From a candidate division FCPU426 bacterium (GTDB taxonomy: Bacteria > Oederibacteriota > PGYV01 > Palsa-1178), in NCBI GenBank assembly GCA_963840035.1, contig CAWIXE010000002.1, forward strand, positions 544,001 to 608,000: a stretch of 64,000 nt of DNA. The letters run 5' to 3'. Positions 1 to 10,409 of this stretch are shown one piece after another; within the stretch, counting starts at the first letter, position 1, and each line of letters begins with the position of its first letter. The translations under genes were made by a program, and so were the position numbers. The notes below the pieces were generated by a model, which had not been told where the DNA came from, made no database searches, and saw only the letters and a list, made by a program, of their open reading frames with translations.

Positions 1-471
1 GCCCATAGCCACCTGGAGCGCTACGGCGGGCATAAGCTTGCCGCCGGCATCACCATGAAAGAGGCCAATTTAAACGGTTTTAAGGGCGCGGTTAACGCAT
101 ACCTTAAGAAGACTTTTAAAAAAGAGGATTTTGAGCCGGTATTAAAGATTGACTGCATGATAAACGAACCGTTAAGCCTGCGGGATATAAAGATATTTGA
201 CAAGCTCCAGCCGTGGGGAGAAGGCAACCCCAAGCCTGTTTTTTCGTTAAATGAAGTGGAAGTAAGGGAAGTAAAACTGATGAAAAGCAACACGATGAAA
301 TTTTACGGAAAGGTTAAGGACAAATTCTATAATTTCCTGCTGTTCGGATATACCGAAGAACAGGCGGATGACATCAAACCGGGACATATATTTGACGTGG
401 CATTTACGCCTACCATAAATGTATGGAAGGACGAGGAATCGCTTATTCTGGAAGTGCAGGATATTAAATAG
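1..471 (+). CDS. recJ: ssDNA exonuclease RecJ, C-terminal part (5' truncated by window)
   Basis: Frame 1 is open from base 1 and has the DHHA1 motif YGGHKLAAG, followed by LQPWGEGNPKPVF and a C-terminal OB-like region. Confidence 0.85.
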   Translation, partial: AHSHLERYGGHKLAAGITMKEANLNGFKGAVNAYLKKTFKKEDFEPVLKIDCMINEPLSLRDIKIFDKLQPWGEGNPKPVFSLNEVEVREVKLMKSNTMKFYGKVKDKFYNFLLFGYTEEQADDIKPGHIFDVAFTPTINVWKDEESLILEVQDIK

Positions 472-585
472 TGGCGAGTGATGTGTGATATGTGATAAGT
501 GAGGGCTTAAAACCGGATATTGAAATTCACTTTTCACATAGCACGCGCCACCCGGCACAAAACATGATAAAAACGGAGGTGTTAC

Positions 586-954
586 ATGAAGAAAATTGTG
601 ATGGTTATTGTGGCGGTTTTAGTTTGTGCTGTTATGGTGTTTGCGGCGGATAAATCAAAGAAAGCTTCTTCATCAGACGAAAAAAAGCCGACGGTTGTGG
701 TGGCAAACGGCGAATATGCCGGGTCTTTGGTGGCGGACGGGAACGGCAGGAGCGTGGTTATAGTGAACACGTATACCGGCGATTTCGAGGTATTTGACAT
801 AGACAGGCAGGGAATGGAAAGAAAATCAGGTACGGGCAATGAGATATTCTACAGCGCAATAAAATACAACCACAAAAATGGAACCAGACAACTGGTTAAA
901 TACAAAGTTGTTTCAGACGCAAACGCAGGGGAGACAGAACAAACGGAAGAATAG
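586..954 (+). CDS. Hypothetical secreted protein
   Basis: GGAGG RBS; signal peptide MKKIVMVIVAVLVCAVMVFA. Confidence 0.75.
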   Translation: MKKIVMVIVAVLVCAVMVFAADKSKKASSSDEKKPTVVVANGEYAGSLVADGNGRSVVIVNTYTGDFEVFDIDRQGMERKSGTGNEIFYSAIKYNHKNGTRQLVKYKVVSDANAGETEQTEE

Positions 955-969
955 TTCAAAACCTAAAAC

Positions 970-1066
970 CCGGGCGGGCCACCGGCTCGCCCCTACGAAA
1001 ACAGAACAAAACGAAGTTAGTATGATTTGTCTTGTCCTCGTAGGGGCGAGCCGGTGGCTCGCCCGG
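970..1066. repeat. Inverted pair of GTAG-type REPs (family A, GTAGGGGCGAGCCGGTGGCTCGCCCGG)
   Basis: Minus-strand copy at 970-996 and plus-strand copy at 1040-1066; each has a 5' GTAG and a GGGCGAGCC/GGCTCGCCC palindrome. Confidence 0.9.
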
Positions 1067-1100
1067 TTTTAGATATTTACGTATATTCAGGGGTGTGGGG

Positions 1101-1700
1101 ATGACGTTTAATTGGGTCAAATCAATTTTTACTAACACGGGATTTTATGCGCTGTTTATTATTATTTTTTATCTTCTCTTCAACAAATACAAATCAAAAA
1201 CAGAAACCACTGCAAACGCATATATTTTTATTTACTCTCTTCTCGTTAATATCATCACACTCGGGATTGTAGCCATATTATCCAATCCTAACATAAATGA
1301 AAATACATGGTCGTTCGTGCTGTTTTCAGCTCCGGCTGTCCTGGGCATTCCGCTGTCGTTATTCGGGCTGTCTTTGGTCCCGTTGCTGCTAATATGCCTT
1401 ATACCGTTTGTGTTTATTTTTCACGCGTTGAGAATGGATGTATATATAGGCGCTATAGGAGTATCTTTCGCGCTGACAATGCTCGCCACAGGCTGTGTCC
1501 AATATTACATGCTGGGTTGGGGAGTAAAGCACGGTTTTAAGGCTTTAAAGGAAAAGATGAAAGAAAAAGGAAAGATATTACTTGCGGTTTCTTTGATTGT
1601 AATACTGGTTTCGCTGCTGGGCGTATTTTCCTGGTCGAAAATGCGGGAAGTGCTCCAGCCGTTGTATCTGGATAAAAGGCAGGAGATAAAGTACTGGTAG
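1101..1700 (+). CDS. Hypothetical multi-pass membrane protein
   Basis: About 200 aa with several hydrophobic segments; start could be GTG 1095. Confidence 0.75.
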   Translation: MTFNWVKSIFTNTGFYALFIIIFYLLFNKYKSKTETTANAYIFIYSLLVNIITLGIVAILSNPNINENTWSFVLFSAPAVLGIPLSLFGLSLVPLLLICLIPFVFIFHALRMDVYIGAIGVSFALTMLATGCVQYYMLGWGVKHGFKALKEKMKEKGKILLAVSLIVILVSLLGVFSWSKMREVLQPLYLDKRQEIKYW

Positions 1701-1726
1701 GTTGTTATTGATTGGTTCTAGTTTTC

Positions 1727-1907
1727 GTAGGGGCGAGCCGGTGGCTCGCCCGGCTTTTGACCGGTCCAAACCAGGATCTAAAGCCGGGCGAGCCACCGGC
1801 TCGCCCCTACGAGGGCAAAGCATTACAGAACAAAGCCAGGCTGGATTTGTCTTGTTTTCGCAGGAGCGAGTCCTGCTTCGCTGGACATGGCCGGTGGCTC
1901 GCCCGGG
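1727..1907. repeat. Three family-A REPs upstream of the RAYT; the third carries a 20-nt nested insert
   Basis: Copies at 1727-1753 (+), 1784-1810 (-) and about 1860-1907 (+, insert at 1871-1890). Confidence 0.9.
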
Positions 1908-1941
1908 TTTAGATTTAGAACAAAGATATAGAGGGGTCTAT

Positions 1942-2508
1942 ATGGAAAACAAGGGAAAAATGCCGGACCGCAGGTCTGTCCGTTTGCGTGGTTATGATTA
2001 CTCTCAGGCCGGGGCGTATTATGTCACGGTTTGTGTTGAAAGCCGCAGGTGTGTTTTATCAATGATTGATAACGCGGAAAGCAACCTTAATGACTACGGG
2101 GAAGCTGTAAGGGATGAAATATTGAAAACACCGCAAATCAGAACAAACATTATAATCGATGAATTTGTTATCATGCCGAACCACTTCCACTTAATCATAA
2201 TAATTAACTCTGAAAAAGGCGTCATACTGCCCGGTGTTATTAATAGTTATTCGCCCGAAAAGATGCCGTTTGAGCTTAATAAAGACTCGCTTGGCGCGGT
2301 AATGGCGCAAATTAAATCAATAACAACCAAGAAGATACGAAAACTTGGCTTAAAGGATTTTGAATGGCAGAGAGGATATTATGAACACGTTGTTAGGGAT
2401 GAAGAGGATTTGATGGTTAAAAAGGAGTATATAGTTAACAATCCACTACAGTGGGAGCTGGATGATTACAATCCGCATAATAAAAAGACAAAGGCAGAAA
2501 ACCCTTAA
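1942..2508 (+). mobile_element. REP-associated tyrosine transposase (RAYT/TnpA-REP, Y1 HUH)
   Basis: RRSVRLRGYDYSQAGAYYVT N-terminus, HUH motif MPNHFH, WQRGYYEHVVR, catalytic Tyr in EYIVNNP; REPs on both sides; GAGGGG RBS before ATG 1942. Confidence 0.92.
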
Positions 2509-2521
2509 AACAAACCAAAGG

Positions 2522-2634
2522 CCGGGCGAGCCACCGGCTCGCCCCTACGAAAACAAAACTTGGCAAAGCAAGGCAAAACTAAGTAAGGGTTGATTTGTCT
2601 TGTCTTCGTAGGGGCGAGCCGGTGGCTCGCCCGG
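2522..2634. repeat. Inverted pair of family-A REPs downstream of the RAYT
   Basis: 2522-2548 (-) and 2608-2634 (+); arrangement and flanks resemble 970-1066. Confidence 0.9.
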
Positions 2635-2645
2635 TTTTAGATTTA

Positions 2646-3305
2646 TTACCTGGAATTACCGACACCTATACGCGGGCAGTATTTTGACACCGGGCATTTA
2701 GAACACCACGGCGATACTGAAAGGCATATGTTCTGGCCGAATAATACCAGCCAGTAGTTTATTTTCATCCAGTACTTTACCGGCAATATCTCCCTTAAAC
2801 GCAGTTCCGTGTGGTCGGCATCCTTGGTTTTGACGTATCCCCAGCGGTTGTTTATCTTGTGTACGTGCGTATCCACGCATATGCCCGGTTTGTTAAAAGC
2901 AACTGTGACTACCAGGTTGGCTGTTTTGCGGCCAACTCCGGGGATAGTCAGCAGTTCATCAAGGTCATCGGGTACTTTGCCTTTATACTTTTCCAGGATT
3001 ATCTTAGTTATATTCAGCACGTTCCTTGCCTTTACGTGATAGAAACCTGTTTTGTAAACTATCCTTTCCATCTCTTTAAGCGTTATTTTCATGACCTTTT
3101 CAGGGGTGGGCGCTATCTTATAAAGGTTCTCTGATACTATGGCCGTGGCCTCATCCTTGGCGCGCAGGGAAAGGATGCAGGGGATAAGGACCCAGTAAGG
3201 GTCGTGTGTTTTGTCGTGGAAACGCTCCAGGACCGGCGCCCGGTATTTTTTTGTGTAATCCCTGATAATCTTTAAAACGATATCGATATTTTTGTTATTA
3301 ACCAT
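2646..3305 (-). CDS. nth: Endonuclease III
   Basis: HhH motif LLTIPGVGRKTAN, VDTHV, and C-X6-C-X2-C-X5-C 4Fe-4S motif. Confidence 0.92.
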   Translation of the reverse strand: MVNNKNIDIVLKIIRDYTKKYRAPVLERFHDKTHDPYWVLIPCILSLRAKDEATAIVSENLYKIAPTPEKVMKITLKEMERIVYKTGFYHVKARNVLNITKIILEKYKGKVPDDLDELLTIPGVGRKTANLVVTVAFNKPGICVDTHVHKINNRWGYVKTKDADHTELRLREILPVKYWMKINYWLVLFGQNICLSVSPWCSKCPVSKYCPRIGVGNSR

Positions 3306-3306
3306 A

Positions 3307-3798
3307 TTACACCTTTATATTCTTTATGAGATGGATTGCGTAGAAAAACAACATAAAGCCGCAGCAAAGAACCTTAAATATGACACCTGCGATAAATCCC
3401 AGGAATGTCCCGAAAGAAGCCTTAAGCGACGGTAATATCTTTGATCCGAGGGTCAATTCGCCGATTAGTGCCCCTAAAAAGGCGCCGGCAACCATGCCTG
3501 CCGGAGGTAATACAAAAATACCGGCGAGCATTCCGATTATAGAACCTGTAACAGCCCTGTCAGAACCGCCGAATTTTTTCGCGGCAATTACGGGGAATAA
3601 ATTATCAAGGAAAGTAGCGGCGAGGGTTAAGATGCCGAGCAGAATAAGCGTGTCCGTGGTAAAGTGCCCGTATTTTGAAAAATGAAGGCATAACAGGCCG
3701 GCAAATGACAGGGGGGGCCCGATAAGTATGGGCATCACACAGCCGAGCAGCCCGACAATCAGCAATAAACCGCCTATTATAACGAGAGCTATGTCCAT
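3307..3798 (-). CDS. DUF456-like membrane protein
   Basis: GLLGCVMPILIGPPL, AKKFGGS and GAFLGALIGE patterns. Confidence 0.8.
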   Translation of the reverse strand: MDIALVIIGGLLLIVGLLGCVMPILIGPPLSFAGLLCLHFSKYGHFTTDTLILLGILTLAATFLDNLFPVIAAKKFGGSDRAVTGSIIGMLAGIFVLPPAGMVAGAFLGALIGELTLGSKILPSLKASFGTFLGFIAGVIFKVLCCGFMLFFYAIHLIKNIKV

Positions 3799-3908
3799 GG
3801 AACTCCTTTGAGTGGGGGGCTCGAGATGCAGAATCTGGAATTAAAAACAAGGCAGTTATTCACGGTTTGTTTTTTAATCCGCATTCCGCAATCGACATTC
3901 CGCATTTC

Positions 3909-5297
3909 CTATATCTCCTCCCTTGCCGGTGAAACCGGCCGTTCTTTCATTTTCATCAATGCCCGTTCTTTCCATTTGCCGGCTTTATAGTACCAGTAGG
4001 AAATGATCATCCCGATATATACGCTCACTGTCATGCCGATCCAGATGCTTAGTTCCTTTAACTGCGTTTTTTCAATAAGCAGCCAGGATATGCCGGCCCT
4101 GAAGATGATAAGCGATATGAAGGCAAAGACCGTAAGGGGGATTGTGTCGCCGGCGCCGCGGATAACACCCTGGAAAGCGAACATCATGGCAAAGGCAAAA
4201 TATGTAAGGGAATCTATACGCCAGTACATCTTTGCCGCTTCCCAGACATGCTCGTGATTGGAGAATAATCCGGCAATCTGGTTTGGGAACACATTGACGG
4301 GTATGTAGAAGAAAAGCGCGAAGCCAAGGGATATGAACATGGCATTTCTCATTATTTCGGGTATTTTGTCATCCTTGCCGCTGCCGATTGCCTGTGCTGC
4401 CATAGCTGAAACCGCTGACCCGAGCGACATGGCAGGCAGAAAAGAGAACTGGTCAATCCTCATGCCGATTCCATAACCGGCGATGACGTCCGCCCCGAAT
4501 TTATTAACAAATGTTATTATTATAACCGCGCTCACAGCGTTAATTACCATCTGTACTGAAACAGGGACGCCTATTATGAACATTTTTTTTATAATGGAAA
4601 AATCAAGTTTGTATTTCCATCTTAGGACATTAAGCATGACGTTTTTCTTCGCGAGGTAGACAAATGCGAAAAGCGCGGCTATGAACTGCGATATTACGGT
4701 GGCAAGGGCCGAACCGGCAATACCGAGTTTTGGAAGGCCGAATGCCCCCACTATGAGAATCGGCGCCAGAATGACATTTAAAATAATCGCGATTATCTGC
4801 AGTATGAAAGGGGTCTTTGAGTCCCCGAGGCCGCGCAGCACGCCTGAGAACCAGTTAAAAGAGAACATGAATATCAGGCCGGAGAAAATTATGACGATGA
4901 AAGTCTGCGCGTCCTTGACGATGTTCGCGGGGGTATTAAGGGCGTGCAGCAGCGGGCCGATAAAAATGATGGCCAGCGTGGAAACTACGACGCACATCGC
5001 AAGAACGGTCATGAAAGAATTGACAAGTATTTTTTCAAGGAAGGGCATGTCTCCCATGCCATATGCCTGTCCTACCATGATTACTGTGGCAATGGCAATG
5101 CCGATAACCAGCGATATCATAAGAAACATAAGGGGCCCGACAGATGATATGGAAGCCAGGGCGTCTGAACCGATTAGGCGGCCAACCCAAAGGGCGTCTA
5201 TTACGCTGAAAGAAGCCTGCAGCATGTCGCCCAGAATAATGGGGAATGAATATTTAAGGAGGTTCTGTAAAAGGTTGCCTTCAGTAAGATTTTTCAT
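3909..5297 (-). CDS. MATE family efflux transporter
   Basis: NLTEG start, about 12 TM segments, LRGLGDSKTP and GIAGSALATVISQ motifs. Confidence 0.92.
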   Translation of the reverse strand: MKNLTEGNLLQNLLKYSFPIILGDMLQASFSVIDALWVGRLIGSDALASISSVGPLMFLMISLVIGIAIATVIMVGQAYGMGDMPFLEKILVNSFMTVLAMCVVVSTLAIIFIGPLLHALNTPANIVKDAQTFIVIIFSGLIFMFSFNWFSGVLRGLGDSKTPFILQIIAIILNVILAPILIVGAFGLPKLGIAGSALATVISQFIAALFAFVYLAKKNVMLNVLRWKYKLDFSIIKKMFIIGVPVSVQMVINAVSAVIIITFVNKFGADVIAGYGIGMRIDQFSFLPAMSLGSAVSAMAAQAIGSGKDDKIPEIMRNAMFISLGFALFFYIPVNVFPNQIAGLFSNHEHVWEAAKMYWRIDSLTYFAFAMMFAFQGVIRGAGDTIPLTVFAFISLIIFRAGISWLLIEKTQLKELSIWIGMTVSVYIGMIISYWYYKAGKWKERALMKMKERPVSPAREEI

Positions 5298-5568
5298 ATT
5301 TCCTCGATTCATTGGTTTATTTCATCAGTTATTGTAATAAAAATAGGGGTGGATGGCAAGGGGGAAGTGTTTTAAGGTAGGTACAAAGCTCAAGGTACAA
5401 AGCTCAAATCCCAAAGCCCAAGGTTCAAAGTCCGAAGGTGTATCGTTGCTTAACCTGGGACGGAATTTCGACCAGAAGTAAACTTACGGTCGAAAAAACG
5501 GCTTTTAACCCGTTCTGGATAAAGTTTCACTATGCGATATTTTATTGTTAAGTACCTGATATTTTTTG

Positions 5569-5597
5569 TTGACATGGTATGGGGGGTTCTGTATAAT
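5569..5597 (+). promoter_or_regulatory. Sigma70-type promoter of the yceD-rpmF-fab cluster
   Basis: TTGACA-17 nt-TATAAT, exact consensus. Confidence 0.8.
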
Positions 5598-5634
5598 TTA
5601 ACCTCGATTATCTAAAGAGCTGAGGTTATTTGAA

Positions 5635-6132
5635 ATGTTTAAAATTAAACTATCGTCATTTGGCGACAGGCAGGAGTTCACGCATGAACTCAAAAAAGGA
5701 GAAATTTCCTTTGAAAACCTCGAATTTGAGGACGGCCTGTTCATAGAGGTGGCGCTTACAAAGGACGGAACAAACACAGTCATTGTTGAAGGCCATATAA
5801 AGGGCACCCTTATGCTTACTTGCGGCAGGTGCCTGGAAGGCTACAAGCAGGCTGTGGATTCGGATATTATCGGTATTTTTAAGGAAAAAAATACGATACT
5901 TCAGGATGATATAGCAAATGACGTTATGCCATTTTCAAATAATGTAATAGACCTGCATGATTTTCTGAGGGAGGCCATGCTTTTGGAGCTGCCCCTGAAA
6001 CCCCTTTGCCGTGTGGACTGCCAGGGACTTTGTCCCGTATGCGGCAAGAATAATAATAATGAGAAGTGTGACTGCATAAAGAAACTCAAAGAAGAAGAGA
6101 CATTCAAGCCTTTTAAAAAGCTTGATTTATAA
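5635..6132 (+). CDS. yceD: DUF177/YceD family protein
   Basis: CGRCL and PLCRVDCQGLCPVCG motifs; lies upstream of rpmF. Confidence 0.88.
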   Translation: MFKIKLSSFGDRQEFTHELKKGEISFENLEFEDGLFIEVALTKDGTNTVIVEGHIKGTLMLTCGRCLEGYKQAVDSDIIGIFKEKNTILQDDIANDVMPFSNNVIDLHDFLREAMLLELPLKPLCRVDCQGLCPVCGKNNNNEKCDCIKKLKEEETFKPFKKLDL

Positions 6133-6149
6133 ACCAGGAGGTAAGTAAA

Positions 6150-6335
6150 TTGGCAAATTTAACAAGAAAAACATCAAAGTCAAAATCAAGAAGCAGGAGG
6201 GCCGCCAACCAGAAGTTGAGGCAGAGCCTTAATCTCTCGGACTGCCCGAACTGCCACCAGAAAAAATTACCGCACAAAGTCTGCGGAAACTGCGGTTTTT
6301 ATGACGGCAGGGACATCCTTAAAAAGGCCGACTAA
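6150..6335 (+). CDS. rpmF: 50S ribosomal protein L32
   Basis: Basic N-terminus and CPNC...PHKVCGNCGFY; TTG start after AGGAGG. Confidence 0.93.
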   Translation: MANLTRKTSKSKSRSRRAANQKLRQSLNLSDCPNCHQKKLPHKVCGNCGFYDGRDILKKAD

Positions 6336-6368
6336 GACAAAACTTAACAATCTAAATCCGGAGGCATA

Positions 6369-7382
6369 ATGAGAATAGTCCTTGACGCTATGGGGAGTGA
6401 TAATGCCCCTCATGTTGAAATAGACGGGGCGCTGCAGGCGGTAAAAGAATTTTCTGATATTACTGTGGTGCTTGTCGGAAAAAAAGACGTGCTGGAACCT
6501 TTGCTTAAAAGCAAAGGCGATGCCGCATCCTTAAAAAGGATAGAAATCGTCAATGCCGATGAAGTTGTCACCATGTCGGACCACCCGGCAGAGGCTTTTA
6601 AAACAAAAAAGAATTCATCAATCGCGGTATCTGCCGCGCTCTTGAAGGAAAATAAAGCTGACGCGCTCGTGTCAGCCGGCAACACAGGCTCTGTAGTGGT
6701 ACACTCACTGCTTATTATAGGAAGGATACCCGGAGTTTCCAGGCCTGCTATACTTATCCCGATGCCCAACGCAAAGGGCTTTGGCGCGCTTTTAGACGCG
6801 GGCGGCAATGTGGACTGCAAGCCAGCACACCTGGTTCAGTTCGCGTTAATGGGAATACTTTATGCCAAACACATCCTGAAGATAGATAATCCTTCTGTTG
6901 GAATGGTGTCAGTGGGTGAAGAAGAGGAAAAAGGAAATGAACTCACCAACGAAACCAACGAGCTTTTCAAGACATCAGGACTGAACTATAAGGGCCATGT
7001 GGAGGGTAAGGACATCGTAAACGCAGTCACTGATGTTGCGGTATGCGACGGGTTTGTGGGAAACGTTATTTTAAAGTTCGGTGAAGGCCTCTCTGAGTTC
7101 CTGTTTAACGGCATAAAGGATGGCATAAAAAACGGGGGCATTCTTGCCATGATAGGCGGCATGCTTTTGAAGCCTGTTTTCAGCAAAATGAAGAAAAAAT
7201 TCAGTTACGACGAATACGGCGGAGCGCCGCTTATAGGCATAAAAAAACCTGTAATAATAACCCACGGCAGGGCCAATGTAAAGGCGATTAAAAACTCGAT
7301 CAGAGTAGCCGCGGAGTTCATCAAGGACCACATAAATGAAGAAATAGAAGAGGGAATAAAAGTCTTAGGAGGAGAGAAGTGA
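6369..7382 (+). CDS. plsX: Phosphate acyltransferase PlsX
   Basis: LDAMGSD, SAGNTG, DGFVGNV and YGGAPLIG motifs. Confidence 0.95.
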   Translation: MRIVLDAMGSDNAPHVEIDGALQAVKEFSDITVVLVGKKDVLEPLLKSKGDAASLKRIEIVNADEVVTMSDHPAEAFKTKKNSSIAVSAALLKENKADALVSAGNTGSVVVHSLLIIGRIPGVSRPAILIPMPNAKGFGALLDAGGNVDCKPAHLVQFALMGILYAKHILKIDNPSVGMVSVGEEEEKGNELTNETNELFKTSGLNYKGHVEGKDIVNAVTDVAVCDGFVGNVILKFGEGLSEFLFNGIKDGIKNGGILAMIGGMLLKPVFSKMKKKFSYDEYGGAPLIGIKKPVIITHGRANVKAIKNSIRVAAEFIKDHINEEIEEGIKVLGGEK

Positions 7383-8359
7383 GCATAAAAGCGGGAATAC
7401 TCGGGTGCGGTTATTATGTGCCTGAAAGAATAATGACCAATTTTGAACTTGAGAAAATCGTTGATACATCCGACGAATGGATAAGAACCAGGACGGGTAT
7501 AGAGCAGAGGCGCATAGCTGCCGAAGGCGAATGCACGTCAGATATGGCTTTAAAAGCGGCTGAGCGCGCCATCAAGGACGCCGGCATTAATAAGGATGAG
7601 ATTGACCTCGTAGTTATACCGACTATCTGTCCGGATTACGCGTGGCCGGCTACGGCATGTATCACAACTGCAAAACTCGGATTGAAAAACGTGCCGGCTT
7701 TTGACGTTTCAGCCGCGTGCTCGGGTTTCATATACGGGCTGACAGTGGCCAGGTCCATGGTTGAGTCAGGGCTTTATAAAAGGGTCCTGCTTATAGCGGC
7801 CGAGAAATTTTCCACATACCTTGACTGGACAGACAGGAACACCTGCGTTTTAATGGGCGACGGTGCCGGAGCCATGGTAATAGGCCCCAGCGAGACCAGC
7901 CAGATAATGTCAACATATCTTAATTCCGACGGAAGCCATCCTGAATATCTTTGCCAGCCCGGAGGCGGATCTGTTATGCCTTTATCCCAGAAAGTGCTGG
8001 ATGAAAAGCAGAACTTCATGCACATGAACGGCAAGGAAATATATGTAAACGCCGTTGAGAAGATGCCGGAAGCCCTTGATAAGGCTATGGCGCTGGCGGG
8101 AGTCACCGCGGATCAGGTGGATTTTATGATATTCCACCAGGCAAACATAAGGATAATCCAGTACATAGCTAAAAAATTCAACGTACCTGATGAAAAAAAT
8201 ATAATAAACATACAGCGTTACGGCAACACTTCAGCCGCGACCATCCCGATAGCGTTCGCGGAAGCGTATGAAGCGGGGAAGATAAAAAGGGGCCACACAG
8301 TAGCATTCTCCGCTTTCGGCGGGGGATTGACGTGGGGCGGAGCGGTTGTAAAGTTCTAA
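7379..8359 (+). CDS. fabH: Beta-ketoacyl-ACP synthase III
   Basis: DTSDEWIRTRTGI, AACSGF, HQAN and YGNTSAA motifs. Confidence 0.95.
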   Translation: MSIKAGILGCGYYVPERIMTNFELEKIVDTSDEWIRTRTGIEQRRIAAEGECTSDMALKAAERAIKDAGINKDEIDLVVIPTICPDYAWPATACITTAKLGLKNVPAFDVSAACSGFIYGLTVARSMVESGLYKRVLLIAAEKFSTYLDWTDRNTCVLMGDGAGAMVIGPSETSQIMSTYLNSDGSHPEYLCQPGGGSVMPLSQKVLDEKQNFMHMNGKEIYVNAVEKMPEALDKAMALAGVTADQVDFMIFHQANIRIIQYIAKKFNVPDEKNIINIQRYGNTSAATIPIAFAEAYEAGKIKRGHTVAFSAFGGGLTWGGAVVKF

Positions 8360-8464
8360 AAATGTGATAAGTGATATGTGCTAAGTGGTATGTGAAAGAT
8401 GAAGCGGTACACATATCACATACCACACACCACATAGCACGAATTAATTTTTAAAGGAGTTTTT

Positions 8465-9400
8465 ATGAGCATCGCACTTGTTTTCCCCGGCCAGGGCGCG
8501 CAGTACGTGGGCATGGGTTTTGATTTCTGCGAGGGCAATGAAAGGGCGCACGCGATTTTTGCGGCGGCCGAAGCCGCGCTCCGGAGCAAACTTGATATCC
8601 GTTTAAAAGATGTCATGTTCATCGGCCCGGAAGAGGAATTAAAGAAGACTGATTATACGCAGCCCGCGATTTTTACCATGAGCTGCGCCATATATGAGGC
8701 ATTAAAGGACAGGTTCGCCGGAAAAGTGGCTTACACGGCAGGGCACAGCCTTGGCGAGTACAGCGCGCTTTACGCGGCAGGGGCGTTTTCATTTGAAGAC
8801 GGCATCAAGCTCGTCAGCCGCAGGGGCGCTCTTATGCAGGAAGCCTCAGTTAAGAATAAAGGCGGCATGGCAGCGGTGCTCGGGCTTGATGACGCAAAGA
8901 TTAAAGACCTTTGTGATAAGGCTGGGGCAGCGGGATATATAACGGCAGCAAACCTGAACTCCCCGGGACAGGTGGTAGTATCAGGAAGTATTGAAGGAAT
9001 AGACGCCGGAGAGGCCATCGCAAAGGAACTCGGCGCGAAAAGGTATATTAAACTAGCTGTAGCCGGAGCGTTCCATTCAAAGTTAATGCAGAGCGCGGCA
9101 GACAGCCTGAAAACAGAGATATCCGGATTTGGAATTAAAGACGCGGCCATACCCGTTATTTCAAACTTCCTGGCAGGCGAAGTAAAGACCTCCGGGCAGA
9201 TTCAGGAAGCCCTTATTAACCAGATTACAGGTTCGGTACGCTGGGTCGAGTCAGTCCAGTATATGATATCAAAGGGCGTTGATACATTCGTTGAAATAGG
9301 CCCGGGATGCGTGCTCTCAGGCCTTATAAAGAAGATAGACAGGAATGTAAAGGCTTTTAACGTAGATAAGCTTACAGACGTGGATAAGCTGACAGTTTAA
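8465..9400 (+). CDS. fabD: ACP S-malonyltransferase
   Basis: FPGQGAQ, GHSLGEY and AFHS motifs. Confidence 0.95.
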   Translation: MSIALVFPGQGAQYVGMGFDFCEGNERAHAIFAAAEAALRSKLDIRLKDVMFIGPEEELKKTDYTQPAIFTMSCAIYEALKDRFAGKVAYTAGHSLGEYSALYAAGAFSFEDGIKLVSRRGALMQEASVKNKGGMAAVLGLDDAKIKDLCDKAGAAGYITAANLNSPGQVVVSGSIEGIDAGEAIAKELGAKRYIKLAVAGAFHSKLMQSAADSLKTEISGFGIKDAAIPVISNFLAGEVKTSGQIQEALINQITGSVRWVESVQYMISKGVDTFVEIGPGCVLSGLIKKIDRNVKAFNVDKLTDVDKLTV

Positions 9401-9453
9401 CCCGGAATCCAGAATCTAGAATATAGAATCCGGAATAAATTTTGGAGGTAATC

Positions 9454-10197
9454 ATGGGATTAGTTAGCGGTAAAGTAGCTTTAGTTACAGGCGGGGCGCA
9501 GGGTATTGGCGAGGCCATATCCATGACGCTCGCAAAAGAGGGCGCATCTGTAGCCATTCTCGACGTAAACCTTGAAAAAGCGCAGGAAACAGCGGCAAAC
9601 ATTAAAAAACTCGGGGTCGATTCCGAGGCGTTCAAATGTGACGTTTCTAACACAGCCGACGTTGAAGCAACAGTGGAAAAAGTGGTTGACAGGTTTAAAA
9701 AGATTGATATACTTGTCAACAATGCGGGCATCACAAGGGACAACCTGTTAGTCAGGATGACCGAGCAGGAATGGGACCTTGTAATAGCCATTAATTTAAA
9801 GGGCACTTTTAACTTTACGCAGAAGGTTGGCAAGTTAATGATGAAGCAGAGATGGGGTTCGATAATTAACATTTCTTCGGTTATCGGCCTCATGGGAAAT
9901 GCCGGACAGACCAATTACGCGGCTACAAAAGCCGGCGTTATCGGTATAACCAAATCTGTGGCCAAGGAACTTGGCGGACGTAATGTCCGCGTGAACGCCA
10001 TATGCCCGGGATACATCCAGACGGCTATGACGGATAAGCTCACTGAAGAGGTAAAGGCAAAGATGATCGAGTTGATACCGGCTAAAAAGATGGGAACGCC
10101 CCAGGACGTCGCGAACGCGGCGCTGTTTTTGGCTTCGGACCTTTCGGCATATACGACGGGCGAGACCATCAGAGTAGACGGCGGAATGGCGATGTAG
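9454..10197 (+). CDS. fabG: 3-oxoacyl-ACP reductase
   Basis: TGGAQGIG, NNAGITRD and YAATK SDR motifs. Confidence 0.95.
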   Translation: MGLVSGKVALVTGGAQGIGEAISMTLAKEGASVAILDVNLEKAQETAANIKKLGVDSEAFKCDVSNTADVEATVEKVVDRFKKIDILVNNAGITRDNLLVRMTEQEWDLVIAINLKGTFNFTQKVGKLMMKQRWGSIINISSVIGLMGNAGQTNYAATKAGVIGITKSVAKELGGRNVRVNAICPGYIQTAMTDKLTEEVKAKMIELIPAKKMGTPQDVANAALFLASDLSAYTTGETIRVDGGMAM

Positions 10198-10409
10198 CAG
10201 ATCGTAGCTGAGCCAAGCGCTTAAGCGCGCAGGCGAGGCGTACGAGATGCTATACCCGCTCAAGTCCGAGGAGCTTGCGACGAGGACAAGCGGTATAATA
10301 TATAATTACGCAGCAGACGTCGGACTACAAGCAGCGCTTTGCGCTGAAGAATATTAAAACAAATTAAAAACAAAAAAAGAAAGAAAACAAAATTCAGGAG
10401 GTTTTAGAA

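Noticed and set aside
1702..1941. 80-aa N-terminal extension of the RAYT in the ORF track
   Set aside because: It is translated REP sequence; the RBS and family-typical N-terminus point to ATG 1942
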